In this document: positions 27,196-35,593 of the stretch, one piece after another
How positions within the stretch are numbered: the first letter of the stretch is position 1
Layout: each line of letters begins with the position of its first letter
From: Octopus sinensis
Lineage: Eukaryota
Length of the DNA stretch: 64,000 bases
Assembly: GCF_006345805.1 (NCBI RefSeq)
Contig: NC_043000.1
Coordinates: 11,470,001-11,534,000 of the forward strand
Direction of reading: 5' to 3'
Translations under genes and position numbers: made by a program
The notes under the pieces: generated by a model
What the model saw: only the letters and a program-made list of their open reading frames with translations
Databases searched by the model: none
What the model was told of the DNA's origin: nothing

Positions 27196-28359
27196 TTTAT
27201 CTGACGGGTTTCTTTCAGTTTTTGTCAACCAAATCCTTTCACAAGGGTTGGATCGACTCAGAGCCCTTGTAGAATGCGCACCTGTCCAAGGTGCGACGAA
27301 GTGGGACTGAATCCGGAACCTTGTCGTTGGTAAACAAACTTTTAACTGCGCAGGCACGCCTGCACCTAAAAATAGCGGCGTTATCATGCCGGGAATCGAA
27401 CCCGGACCGATTGGGTGAAAGCTAGGAATCATAACTACTACAGACTTAAATATTACTCATTATCTAAAAACAATAACGTTTTTTTTTTCATGGGTAGAAA
27501 TGCAGGAATTTTCTAAAGCAAAATTATATAATCGATTAGATTCACCTCTCGGATATTACACGATCGTTATTGGGAATTTTCGTTAAATATGAAAGGGAAA
27601 GCCGAATCGGGGCTAGATTCACTGATTCCTTCATTCACTGTCCTCTTTCTCCACTTAGGAGACAGACAGACGAAGGTGAAACGGTAAGATATGAAATCAA
27701 AACGTAAGGTTTCGTAACTGAATACTAATAATGTCAGTCGATCCACTGTTTATGCAAATTCACCTCCCGTCCTTTCCATTCTCAGTGGAAACGGGAATGA
27801 TAACGGTAAACCTAATGTAATGAAAGCACAAAGCAGCTACAATATTTTGTGATACAGAATTATAAAAACAATTTTAGTTATTATCTATCTTTTCATTCCT
27901 AATATATATTTCTTTATTGCCCACAAGGGGCTAAACACAGAGAGGACAAACAAAGGGTTTAAGTCAATTACATCGACCCCAGTGCATAACTGGTACTTAT
28001 TTAATCGACCCCGAAAGGATGAAAGGCAAAGTCGACCTCGGCGGAATTTGAACTCAGAATGTAAAGGCAGACGAAATACCTATTTCTTTACTACCCACAA
28101 GGGGCTAAACACAGAGAGGACAAACAAGGACAGACAAACGGATTAAATCGATTACGTCGACCCCAGTGCGTAACTGGTACTTAATTTATCGACCCCGAAA
28201 AGATGAAAGGCAAAGTCGACCTCGGCGGAATTTGAACTCAGAACGAAGTGGCAGACGAAATACCGCTAAGCATTTCGCCCTGCGTGCTAACGTTTCTGCT
28301 GCCAGCTCGCCGCCTTTTTCATTCCTAATATCATTAATTCACTTACCTTTAAGGTTCAT
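4743..28359 (-). CDS. Gene A: secreted PAN/apple-domain protein with an uncharacterised C-terminal domain; 5 exons found, 3' end unresolved
   Basis: Five GT-AG exons splice in frame (phases 1,1,0,2; open phase-1 end): [27 protein letters not shown]...[22 protein letters not shown]...[12 protein letters not shown]...[13 protein letters not shown]...[16 protein letters not shown]...NLTFNE-N-YPYFSI...LLR. Every exon has a counterpart in gene B. Confidence 0.85.
4870..5120. repeat. AT-only minisatellite (ataaattaaataaaa)n
   Basis: Directly visible. Confidence 0.85.
5322..6005 (-). mobile_element. 5'-truncated LINE 3' end (RTE-related) with a duplicated 5' segment
   Basis: [20 protein letters not shown]...RRVQFAGH...; (TGA)n tail; 5669-5806 repeated at 5865-6004. 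Confidence 0.8.
6769..6917 (-). CDS. Gene A exon 4 ([49 protein letters not shown])
   Basis: tttgcag|GTT...GAG AA|gtatat, 149 nt; paralogous to 53134-53285. Confidence 0.85.
6962..7660. repeat. GA-rich compound repeat with three copies of an approximately 110-bp unit
   Basis: gagggaagatagagtagtataaagagaaaggaggaggttatgatgtgata at about 6962, 7146 and 7478. Confidence 0.85.
7920..8504 (-). repeat. 3' LTR
   Basis: No difference from 13219-13803 seen by eye. TATAAATA at 8250-8257 and AATAAA at 7978-7983 on the minus strand. Confidence 0.97.
8505..8517 (-). other. Polypurine tract
   Basis: AGAAGGGGGGTAG directly before the 3' LTR on the minus strand. Confidence 0.85.
9082..12249 (-). CDS. pol: Pol polyprotein (PR-RT-RNase H-IN), -1 frame relative to gag
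   Basis: FLVDTGA protease, YIDD RT, DAS/TDHKPL/ADALSR RNase H, HHCC + DDE integrase and GPY motif; no stops. Confidence 0.96.
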   Translation of the reverse strand, partial: GKRHSQELNATEIPGSHPHSRLFFVCDRVTGTRFLVDTGAEVSIIPVSNTSGKRKETSVCLQAVNHSPIPTYGEQSLTLNIGLRRTFQWVFVVAKLPTPILGADFLHHFGLLVDIKNRRLVDTTTKLTVRGIAARMDTVSPTVMLTTTTRHSSILNDYPDVARPVFHNQPIKHDVTHHIKTSGPPVAARPRRLPPDRLQAVKREFQHMLDLGIIRVSSSNWSSPIHCVPKKSSTDWRVCGDYRSLNKSTISDAYPVPFLQDFSSSLHGARIFSKIDLVRAYNQIPVEPADISKTAVTTPFGMFEFLRMPFGLRNAAQTFQRFIDMVTRGLPFVYAYIDDILVASNSDEEHNQHLHLLFGRLRQFGIVINPTKCLFGVVSLHFLGHIVDKNGIRPLPEKVKAIVDFPPPTSLRKLREYLGLANFYRRFVPHLAEIAQPLTDLLRQRTCKNADIALTEDQLVSFAALKKALSSATMLVYPKPDAPRCLLVDASDSGIGGVLQQLVDGIWQPLSFFSKRLKPAETKYSTFSRELLAAYLAVKHFRHMLEGTNFAIYTDHKPLVYAFNTKPDRHSPREIRHLDFISQYTTDIRHIKGTTNVAADALSRAQINAIHTTSTIDLARIAADQENDEELLKLRNSSSLKFQHVPLPSSTAHIWCDISTGYQRPYVPQKYRREVFSALHSLSHPGIRSTQKLISTRFVWTSINKDIREWTKCCVACQKAKIHRHIKSPIGSFSQPDARFQHVHIDIVGPLPPSQNYSYLLTCVDRFSRWPEAWPLSDISAETVAKTLISQWVSRFGTPATITTDRGRQFDSHLFTELTRLLGCKHTRTTAYHPAANGMVERFHRQLKASIKAAPDSSHWLEHLPLILLGIRSTIKEELGYTPAELVYGTTLTLPGQMIEPVSQNFPDPQQYVHRLRTSMSQVSPSGPRQQNVVSRVPKDINTWTHVFVRNDGIPSQLRPPYSGPYKVIKREPKYFVLDIGGKRNTVSIDRLKKAFIEEDLHSVPSFPQTDSATPANTTDAAQPRHTKSGRTVRWPARFVQVFRVSSELLTYPSS
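12225..13100 (-). CDS. gag: Gag (291 aa)
   Basis: [23 protein letters not shown]-terminus; C-x2-H-x9-C-x3-C (CWYH...C...C) motif typical of the CsRn1 lineage. Confidence 0.93.
   Translation of the reverse strand: MNLPEQNPAANIDMAFQAAISLRIPPFWTHDPTLWFHHIEAQFASHRISSDAARLSHVISSLSPEITNVIRDLIMAPPGSVSYEVFKTTLINRTSESQQKRLHQLLISEELGDKTPSQLLRRMKQLLGDETLPEKIFKQLFLQRLPSNTQVVLASTRENTSLEELAELADKIAEVPHRYPTVSTVTPAAPSTNPFRAQTSSSEISDLRALMTQQAAQIQILTAQIQALKFSPQRRSTSRSRRDGRRSRSPSATRNSHDTCWYHRTFGTRAQKCTVPCSFSSPSSGNGTARN
13206..13216 (-). other. Primer-binding site (tRNA-Trp type)
   Basis: TGGTGACCCCG, 2 nt after the 5' LTR; complementary to the 3' end of eukaryotic tRNA-Trp (...CGGGGUCACCA). Confidence 0.8.
13219..13803 (-). 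repeat. 5' LTR
   Basis: Direct repeat of 7920-8504, followed on the minus strand by the PBS. Confidence 0.97.
14561..14623 (-). ncRNA. Hammerhead ribozyme-like motif (type I variant) in the PLE1 3' repeat
   Basis: AGAUAA-CCGAAGA-GAUG..CAUC(U)-GAA-ACUCAGAGU-U-UUAUCU. Confidence 0.6.
17086..17148 (+). ncRNA. Inverted copy of the PLE1 hammerhead-like motif
   Basis: Reverse complement of 14561-14623. Confidence 0.6.
17431..17735 (+). mobile_element. tRNA-derived SINE family 3
   Basis: ggaggcacaatggctctgtagttagg head. Other pieces at 3703-3830 (+), 21305-21450 (-), 48375-48690 (-) and 48715-48840 (+). Confidence 0.85.
17760..19975 (-). mobile_element. Penelope-like element 2, internally deleted (RT core missing, GIY-YIG retained)
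   Basis: ORF 18905-20023: KDHKANF...CRLINPAK joins directly to the thumb/linker and VVYRAKV...YTGASE GIY-YIG. Long 3' UTR with a hammerhead motif; (TA)n at both ends. Confidence 0.88.
17792..17829 (-). ncRNA. Minimal type I hammerhead motif at the PLE2 3' end
   Basis: CUGU-CUGAUGA-ACG GCAA CGA-GAA-ACUCAGAGU-A-ACAG. Confidence 0.7.
20648..21274. mobile_element. Foldback MITE with about 140-bp TIRs and 8-bp TSD (Merlin- or hAT/P-like)
   Basis: TIR GGATCTTTTCCTTTTGAAC; TSD cgcagcat at 20640-20647 / 21275-21282; inner palindrome with taaccctaa/ttagggtta motifs. Confidence 0.85.
21455..21710 (-). mobile_element. tRNA-derived SINE family 5
   Basis: ggaggcacgtggcttagtggttaagg head; a 3' fragment at 20545-20647 is the target of the foldback MITE. 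Confidence 0.8.
21789..21880 (-). CDS. Gene A exon 3 ([30 protein letters not shown])
   Basis: gatacag|GT...AAG|gtaagg, 92 nt; 25/30 aa identical to 52309-52400. Confidence 0.88.
22010..22130 (-). mobile_element. Short copy of the RTE 3' end
   Basis: (cat)n followed by gtccgctttccatgctagcatgggttgga. Confidence 0.7.
22600..23190 (+). mobile_element. CR1-type LINE 3' fragment
   Basis: [41 protein letters not shown] followed by an (att)n tail. The upstream block 22480-22600 also occurs inverted at 4560-4670. Confidence 0.75.
23602..23931 (-). CDS. Gene A exon 2: signal peptide + PAN/apple domain
   Basis: Acceptor tttttcag|GA ATG and donor C|gtaagt. Hydrophobic N-terminal stretch followed by the C-x3-C-x5-C-x2-F-x-Y...C PAN pattern. 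Confidence 0.88.
24188..24830 (+). mobile_element. Two short 3'-end copies of the same Tx1-like LINE embedded in (TATC)n
   Basis: Matches 33765-34260; both copies end aataaagaaaca|tatctatc. Confidence 0.85.
25270..25592 (+). mobile_element. Short copy of the RTE 3' UTR with 3 tandem units
   Basis: ctgtgccggtggcacgtaaaaagcacc repeats and (gat)n tail. Confidence 0.8.
25603..26041. mobile_element. Tc1/mariner (pogo-like) MITE
   Basis: TA|CCGTAAATCCTCGA...TCGAGGATTTACGG|TA. Confidence 0.85.
26275..26905. repeat. (CA)n/(TACA)n microsatellite array
   Basis: Directly visible. Confidence 0.95.
26987..27021 (+). ncRNA. Degenerate minimal hammerhead motif
   Basis: GUUU-CCGACGA-A-GAGC UCC GCUC-GAA-ACGU-C-AUAC. 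Related decayed copies at about 23302-23342 (-) and 48265-48282 (-). Confidence 0.45.
27375..27450 (-). pseudogene. tRNA-Glu-like pseudogene or SINE head
   Basis: gtagtagttatgattcctagctttcacc...ccgggttcgattcccgg; stems poorly paired. Confidence 0.45.
27906..28315 (-). mobile_element. SINE family 2, tandem-body form with 16-bp TSD
   Basis: TSD ttttcattcctaatat at 27890-27905 / 28316-28331; absent from the paralogous intron of gene B. Confidence 0.9.
28347..28359 (-). CDS. Gene A exon 1, coding part (MNLKG)
   Basis: ATG AAC CTT AAA G|gtaagt. Same context as 43229-43241, and in frame with exon 2. The second ATG in exon 2 could be the real start. Confidence 0.65.
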
Positions 28360-28855
28360 GACTGTTTCAGAGTTGTTAAATAAACTTCACTTTCAGCCGA
28401 TAAAATGAATAAGCAGACGTGTCTCACTGGAAACAATGTCGTCTGCATTTAATGTCACGCTTTTCTCGTTTCGATAAACAGGCTTTCTTTTATTTATTTC
28501 TATTCTCTTTGTTCTGACAATTCAAGAATAACTTAGGATATTTCACAGTTGATTTCTATTTGCATTGACTTCGAAAGATAAGCTTTTAAACTTATCTCTA
28601 GATTTGTTCCACTCTTATAAATATAGTTGCTCAACTAGAACTTTATTTCTCTCCAATTCTTGAAGCTGTCGGCAGGTTATTCAGCATTTTTAAAACAAGT
28701 TCTCAAACTTGTGGCCTTATATTGTCATTTCCTTCTCTTCAAGATACTTTGATTTCAAAGTTATCCGTTTCACTTTCAGCTTCGTTAGTTTTTCAATCAG
28801 TGGCCGCATCTATCCAACGATCTTTGCAAATACACCTCTAGAAACGAGTCACCTG

Positions 28856-28863
28856 TATTTATA
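28856..28863 (-). promoter_or_regulatory. Putative TATA box of gene A
   Basis: caagcgTATAAATAca, conserved with 42740-42747; about 500 nt upstream of the exon-1 ATG. Confidence 0.45.
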
Positions 28864-28971
28864 CGCTTGATGAACAAAACAATTTTATGTCAACTTCGCA
28901 ATATATCGATAGCTTTTGATCTGCTTATGTTTAGCATTTTGCAGATAATAAATTACACACAATAAATTATA

Positions 28972-29337
28972 GGCATAGGAGTGGCTGTGTGGTAAGTTGC
29001 TTGTTTGCCAACCACATGGTTCCGGGTTCAGTCCCACTGCGTGGCACCTTGGGCAAGTGTCTTCTACTATAGCTTCGGGCCGACCAAAGCCTTGTGAGTG
29101 GATTTGGTAAACGGAAACTGAAAGAAGCCCGTCGTATATATGTATATATATATGTGTGTATGTGTATATGTTTGTGTGTCTGCGTTTGTCCCCCCCCCCA
29201 ACATCGCTTGACAACCAATGCTGGTGTGTTTACGTCCCTGTAACTTAGCGGTTCGGCAAAAGAGAATAATAGAATATGTACTAGGCTTACAAAGAATAAG
29301 TCCTGGGGTCGATTTGCTCGACTAAAGTCGGTGCTCT
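28972..29337 (+). mobile_element. SINE family 1 copy
   Basis: Matches 2701-3098. Confidence 0.9.
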
Positions 29338-29441
29338 AGCATGGCCACAGTCACATGATTGAAACAAGTAAAAAAAATGCTGTTGGATGAGATGCGATCT
29401 ATAATAACAAATAGATTGATAGAGCTTGAAGGAATGAAAGC

Positions 29442-29863
29442 TTACTCTTTACTCTTTTACTCTTTTACTTGTTTCAGTCATTTGACTGCGGCCATACTGG
29501 AGCACCGCCTTTAGTCGAGCAAATCAACCCCGGGACTTATTCTTTGTAAGCCCAGTACTTATTCTATCGGTCTCTTTTGCCGAACCGCTAAGTGACGGGG
29601 ACGTAAACACACCAGCATCGGTTGTCAAGCAATGCTAGGGGGACAAACACAGACACACAAACATATACACACACACTTATATATATATATATATATACAT
29701 ATATACGACAGGCTTCTTTCAGTTTCCGTCTACCAAATCCACTCACAAGGCACTGGTCGGCCCGGGGCTATAGAAGACACTTGCCCAAGATGCCACGCAG
29801 TGGGACTGAACCCGGAACCATGAGGTTGGTTAGCAAGCTACTTACCACACAGCCACTCCTGCG
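29442..29863 (-). mobile_element. SINE family 1 copy
   Basis: Reverse-complement match. Confidence 0.9.
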
Positions 29864-30655
29864 CTTGTTTATGTTTGGATTTTAGCTACGAGTAAATATT
29901 GGTAATGTCTTCCGAGAGAGGCGTGAACATTACAGAATTCCATTTTTATTAGGAAACAAACTTCACTTTCTTCAGTTGAGTAACAGATTATCTTCGCAAT
30001 TGCTCCAATCTGGCCAGCCCCAAGGTAAAACTAAGCTAAGAGCATTAGATTTCTTGGAAGAAAGCAGCGAATGTATACAAAAACAAGGACGGGAAAAAAA
30101 CGGACAATGTTACACAAATACAATAAAAATAAGAACTGGACATAACAACAGGTATCTTTCGACTAAGGACGAATTAAATTAAGCTGGCCTGTGTGGAAAT
30201 GAAGCCTTATGGCAGGGATACAAGATTTCACAGGCACAGGGAAGAATATCGATTTTGCACGGACAATGGCAAGACCAAGAAAGATCAAGCTTGGCCGAAC
30301 GCCTGTCACATGGGAAGAGAAGAGAGAGATAGAGGCAGAGGGACAGAAGAACTAAGGAGGGGCGAGAAAAAATGTCAAGGACACAGTGAAATGAAAAATG
30401 GAGGGGAAGTGAGTAAGAAGAGAAGGCAAAGAAATATGAGAGAGGGGAAACGAAAGAACGAATAGCGGAATGAAAGAATAAGCGTGAAAAGGCTGATAGA
30501 CAGAAATACAGTCATGCAAGATTTAGAAAAATGTATACTTACATATAAGAGACCAAAGTGTACGCTAGGAGGGACTTTCAAAGTCATTACTACCAAAAAT
30601 AAACGGATCGTACCGAATGCAGCTCTCGAAGCAAGACATTTAAAAACAGAATTTA

Positions 30656-30719
30656 GTTCCAGATCACCTGTGATTTCGCAATTAACGTATTATCTACGTA
30701 TTTTGTTCATCAGTGAAAC
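30656..30719 (-). ncRNA. Type I hammerhead motif
   Basis: GUUUCA-CUGAUGA-ACAA..UUGC-GAA-AUCAC AG GUGAU-C-UGGAAC. Confidence 0.75.
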
Positions 30720-30859
30720 ATATTCAAAACATATAAAAATAACAAAACCGACATACCCAAGTGAAAAAATTTTCAGATTTTTTCTCTTATGAGGTTTTCA
30801 CACTAACTACCTGATAATTTCTTGTTAAGATTTCTTATTAGATTTTATCCTTAATTGTT

Positions 30860-30965
<106 letters not shown>

Positions 30966-31150
30966 TATTACTTATTATATATTGCTTATTCATTTTTTGT
31001 ACTTTTTGTGATCTAGTTATAGGTTTTTCTCTAATTTATATATATTATTATATATATATATTGTGAAATTTGATTTAATACTAAATCGAATTTTTCCCTG
31101 TAAGTTTGGAGTTATACTCTCTAATATATATATATATATATACAGATATA

Positions 31151-31194
<44 letters not shown>

Positions 31195-31223
31195 TATATA
31201 CAGGTATGTGTGTGTGTGTGGTG

Positions 31224-31254
<31 letters not shown>

Positions 31255-31273
31255 ATATGTATGTATGTATGTG

Positions 31274-31323
<50 letters not shown>

Positions 31324-31599
31324 TTCATACATATATTCACATCACATATAAGTATATGTAAGTATATAGCGCTGTTGGTTTACTGATGTATAATATGGCT
31401 ATTTAAGCGCATAAAATGTTCAGAACACGCACAATATATTTTGCGAAGATAGAAAATATACTTAAGACAAATCAATCTATATTGATTATCTATTGATTAG
31501 GCTCTAGTTTGTTTTTCTCAAACAACAGCTAGCTGAATCGTTACCACACCGACAAATGTTTTGAGGTATTTCGTCCGTCTTCACGTTCTGAGTTCAAAT

Positions 31600-32010
31600 T
31601 CTTATTTCTTTATTGCCCATAAGGGGCTAAATGTAGAGGGGTCAAACAAGGACAGACAAACGGATTAAGTCGATTATATCGACCCCAGTGTGTAACTGGT
31701 TCTTATTTAATCAACCCTGAAAGAATGAAAGGTAAAGTTGACCTTGGCGGAATTTGAACTCAGAATGTAGCAGCAGACGAAATACCTATTTCTTTACTAC
31801 CCACGAGGGACTAAACACAGAGAGGACAAACAAACGGATTAAATCGATTATGTCGGTTCCAGTGCGTAACTGGTACTTAATTTATCGACCCCGAAAGGAT
31901 GAAAGGCAAAGTCGACCTCGGCGGAATTTGAACTCACAACGTAACAGCAGACGAAATACGGCTACGCATTTCGGCCTACGTGCTAACGTTTCTGCCAGCT
32001 CGCTGCCTTA
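31600..32010 (-). mobile_element. SINE family 2, tandem-body form
   Basis: Matches 27906-28315. Confidence 0.88.
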
Positions 32011-32185
32011 GTTCAAATTCTGTCGAGTTCGACTTCGCTTTCTATCCTTTCGGGACCGATAAAATGAATGGTGAAATGAACACCAGCTGAGCACAGGAAT
32101 CGAAATTGCTGGCCTTGTGCCAAAATTTGAAACTAATATTTCCATTTTATTCCCTCAAAATTATCTAACCAGTTTATGCATTAAA

Positions 32186-32596
32186 CGCAGGAGTGGCTGT
32201 GTGGTAAGTAGCTTGTTTACCAACCACATGGTTCCGGGTTCAGTCTCACTGCGTGGCACCTTGGTCAAGTGTATTCTACTATAGTCTCGGGCCGACCAAA
32301 GCCTTGTGAGTGGATTTGGTAGACGGAAACTGAAAGAAGCCCGTCGTATATATGTATATATATGTGTGTGTGTGTTTGTGCGTCTGTGTTTGTCCCCCTA
32401 GCATTGCTTGACAACCGATGCTGGTGTGTTTATGTCCCCGTTACTTAGCGGTTCGGCAAAAGAGACCGATAGAATAAGTACTAGGCTTACAAAAGAATAA
32501 GTCCTGGGGTCGAGTTGCTCGATTAAAGGCGGTGCTCCAGCATGCCCGCAGTCAAATGACTGAAACAAGTAAAAGAGTAAAAGAGTAAAGAGTAAA
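32186..32596 (+). mobile_element. SINE family 1 copy
   Basis: Matches 2701-3098. Confidence 0.9.
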
Positions 32597-32914
32597 CGTA
32601 TAAAAGAACAATTGGATATTTCTTGCTTGAACTTGTTACTTCTCTTAAATCAATCAGTCATTCTTTCCCATTCTTAATATTCACTTTACTTGAGAGTTTA
32701 TTAATGGCGGGTCAGATTTATCACTTTCGATCGATAAACCTTTTATGATTATATATGAAGATGTACATATTCACACACAAACACGCGCCGTCGTGTTTGT
32801 ACCAAGAGATCAAATGCTCTTTCCGTGTCTTCGGCTCTTAGGGCCGGTTTCCCGTATTTTGTTACGTATAAATTACCCCACTCTCTCTAATCTATCTATC
32901 TGTCTGCCAATCAG

Positions 32915-32965
<51 letters not shown>

Positions 32966-32970
32966 CTCTG

Positions 32971-33043
<73 letters not shown>

Positions 33044-33057
33044 TTATCTATCTATCT

Positions 33058-34560
33058 GCTTTCCCGCAGCTCGTCTCTATGACCGAACTGCAGTCGTGGA
33101 TCAAAAAGAGGCCGAGGAAGGGCGAATGGCACCGCGAGTGTCGCGTTGCTCTCAAGCAACTCTGCCGTCCTGGGTCGACCTTGAGTGACTCCATCGCAAC
33201 CAAAGCATTCTATAAGGGATTAGTGGAGGGGAGGTGCGACGACGAGCTCGGGGCGAACCTGGACGTCGACGAGGAATACCTGACCCGCCTGTTCGGGACG
33301 ACTTTTGGGCCAGGGCCCATGGACAACTTCCAGAGATCCCTGGCCTGGCAGTGCTACCGAGAAGCGCTACCCGTTCGGGATAAGCTCTACAGACACGGCT
33401 CGAGAAACACGGGGCCGACCTGCCCGAGATGCGGTCAGAACGACGAAACCGTTCTGCACGCACTCGTGCAGTGTCCAACAATTTCCAACCTGTGGGCTTA
33501 TGTCAAACAACTGCTGTCACGTGTGGGACGAGTCGGTTTATCAGCTGAGTCTATCGTCAATATTGTCACGCCTCCTTCCTTCAAACGTGAAGGAAGAGCT
33601 ATTTTCATCATCCTTGTGGCTATGGCGAAAGAATGTATCTGGTGGACGCGTCTGAAAGGATTGGAGACAAACACTTTCCTCTCTGGTCAATCTCTCATCA
33701 ACTTTTTCAAGTACCACTTGAAAAGGAAAGTGAGAGTAGAGAGGCAAGTTTTGTCTAGCGAATGTTTTAAAAAAAGATGGGTGAATGTAGCAAGGATGGC
33801 ACGTATGAATGACGAAGCCACCTTGAGCATAATCCTATGAACCCAGAAATTGAAAACAGAGGGTTACCCACTTGCAAACAAATGTGGTAACATATGACAA
33901 TACTGACCGAGGTTACCGTGGTCTTTTTCGTAGGCTTTTCTTCCTACGGATAAACCTTATCTGCTCCCCCTTTACACCGTACATCATGACACTGTGATAC
34001 ACGATCCCTATTGATCGTTGTTTTTCCTCTTCTTTCTTCTTTTCTCCTTTTTCTTTTCTCTTGTTTCTTTTCCTTTTTTTTCCTTCTTTTTTTTCTTTTT
34101 TTTTCTTTTACGATCCCTTTTGATCGAAAACCTACGCCACTTTTTTTTTGTTTCTTTTGTTTTTTGTTTTTTGTTTTTTTTCATCCCCCAAAAGAAAAGC
34201 TCTACCTTGTAATTTGTCCCATCTGTGTGCAGCCCTGTGTGGCCAATAAAGAAACTTATCTGTAGGTAGGATGGCACGTATGAATGACGAAGCCACCTTG
34301 AGCATAATCCTATGAACCTGGAAAAATTTAAAACAGAGAGTTACTTACTTGCTAATAAATGTGTTAATACGTGACATCATTGACCGAGGTTACCGTGGTC
34401 TTTTCCGTAGGCTTTTCTTTCCACGGATAAACCTTATCTGCTTCCCCCTTTACACTTTACATCATGACATTTCTGTGATACACGATCCCTATTGATCTTT
34501 TTTTCTTTCCTTTTTACGATCCCTTTTAATCGAAAACCTACTCCACTTTTTTTTCTCTCC
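33058..34560 (+). mobile_element. Tx1/L1-clade LINE 3' fragment plus a second partial 3' end
   Basis: ORF 33079-33840 with zf-RVT knuckle CPRCGQNDETVLHALVQC; 3' UTR ends aataaagaaac(t)tatct; preceded by (TCTA)n. Confidence 0.85.
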
Positions 34561-34880
34561 AAAGAGGGACAAAAATTCAAGATCAAATCTAATTTTGCTT
34601 GTGCTTCAGAAAACCAAATTTATGTCATAAGATGCTTGGACTGCCACCAAAACTACATAGGGTCCACGGGATTATCGCTCAGACGCAGATGCACTCTGCA
34701 TCAACAACAGATTGCATTCCCAGAATACAGAATGATACCCTTTAGTGAACATATTGAGAAATGTACAAAGCAACTACTACCACAATTTACAATCTTTCCA
34801 TTCTATCAATGTGCTATTGGAACACCAACACAAGTTAGATTAAACAAGGAAACTCATTTCATTGAAAAAAATATAAAATA
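34560..34880 (+). mobile_element. GIY-YIG endonuclease fragment of a third Penelope-like family (CCHH type)
   Basis: FACASENQIYVIRCLDCHQNYIGSTG...R..LH...FSEHI...KETHFIEK. Confidence 0.8.
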
Positions 34881-35197
34881 AAACCTAACCACATTCTATT
34901 CCTTCTAAACTAATGTTTATCTAGTCATTCCCAACATGTTTGATTATCTCCCTTATACCCGAAGAAATCCCTGATTACCTTCCCCTGCCTGGAACCCCAT
35001 ATTTCACAACATAGCGAAGACATGACACGATGTAGGTAAAGAAATTTGAGAAATTTGAAAAGAAAATACGAAACCGGTTATTTCTCCAAAAACTATGTTA
35101 CTATACACAAAATTTTCTAACATTTTTCTAACATAACGACTTAAATATATTCTTTAACCTTATAATACAAGCCTTCTGTAGTTTTTTCACTCTTTTT

Positions 35198-35253
<56 letters not shown>

Positions 35254-35264
35254 ATCTTATAAGA

Positions 35265-35575
35265 AAGGGCTAAAGAAGATTATTCCAAAGCCAATATACT
35301 GATTTTCCACATATAATCCACTTGCTACAGGAAAATTGAACTGAAGTCGGGCAACTAACCGTTAGAATATTTAAATTTCGTTATCTTTATATTGAATCAA
35401 TTTCGGAATTAAACTCATAAAGGATACATTCTTCATCGGTAGAGCTTACGAGAGAACATAAGTAAGATACTTACATGCGTCTATGGAAAAAGCCGAAGCA
35501 AAAAACACAAGTACATTTAATGGAATTCTTTTCTGTAGATAAAAAAAACTTCATCCTATATTATTAGTAGTAGAC
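35265..35575 (-). mobile_element. Second copy of the hammerhead-bearing repeat
   Basis: Reverse-complement similarity to 48900-49215; (TA)n on both sides. Confidence 0.6.
35385..35444 (-). ncRNA. Decayed hammerhead motif, same family as 49002-49061
   Basis: CUCUA-CCGAUGA-AGAA..UUCC-GAA-AUUGA U UCAAU-A-UAAAG. Confidence 0.55.
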
Positions 35576-35593
35576 TTAAATATATATATATTT

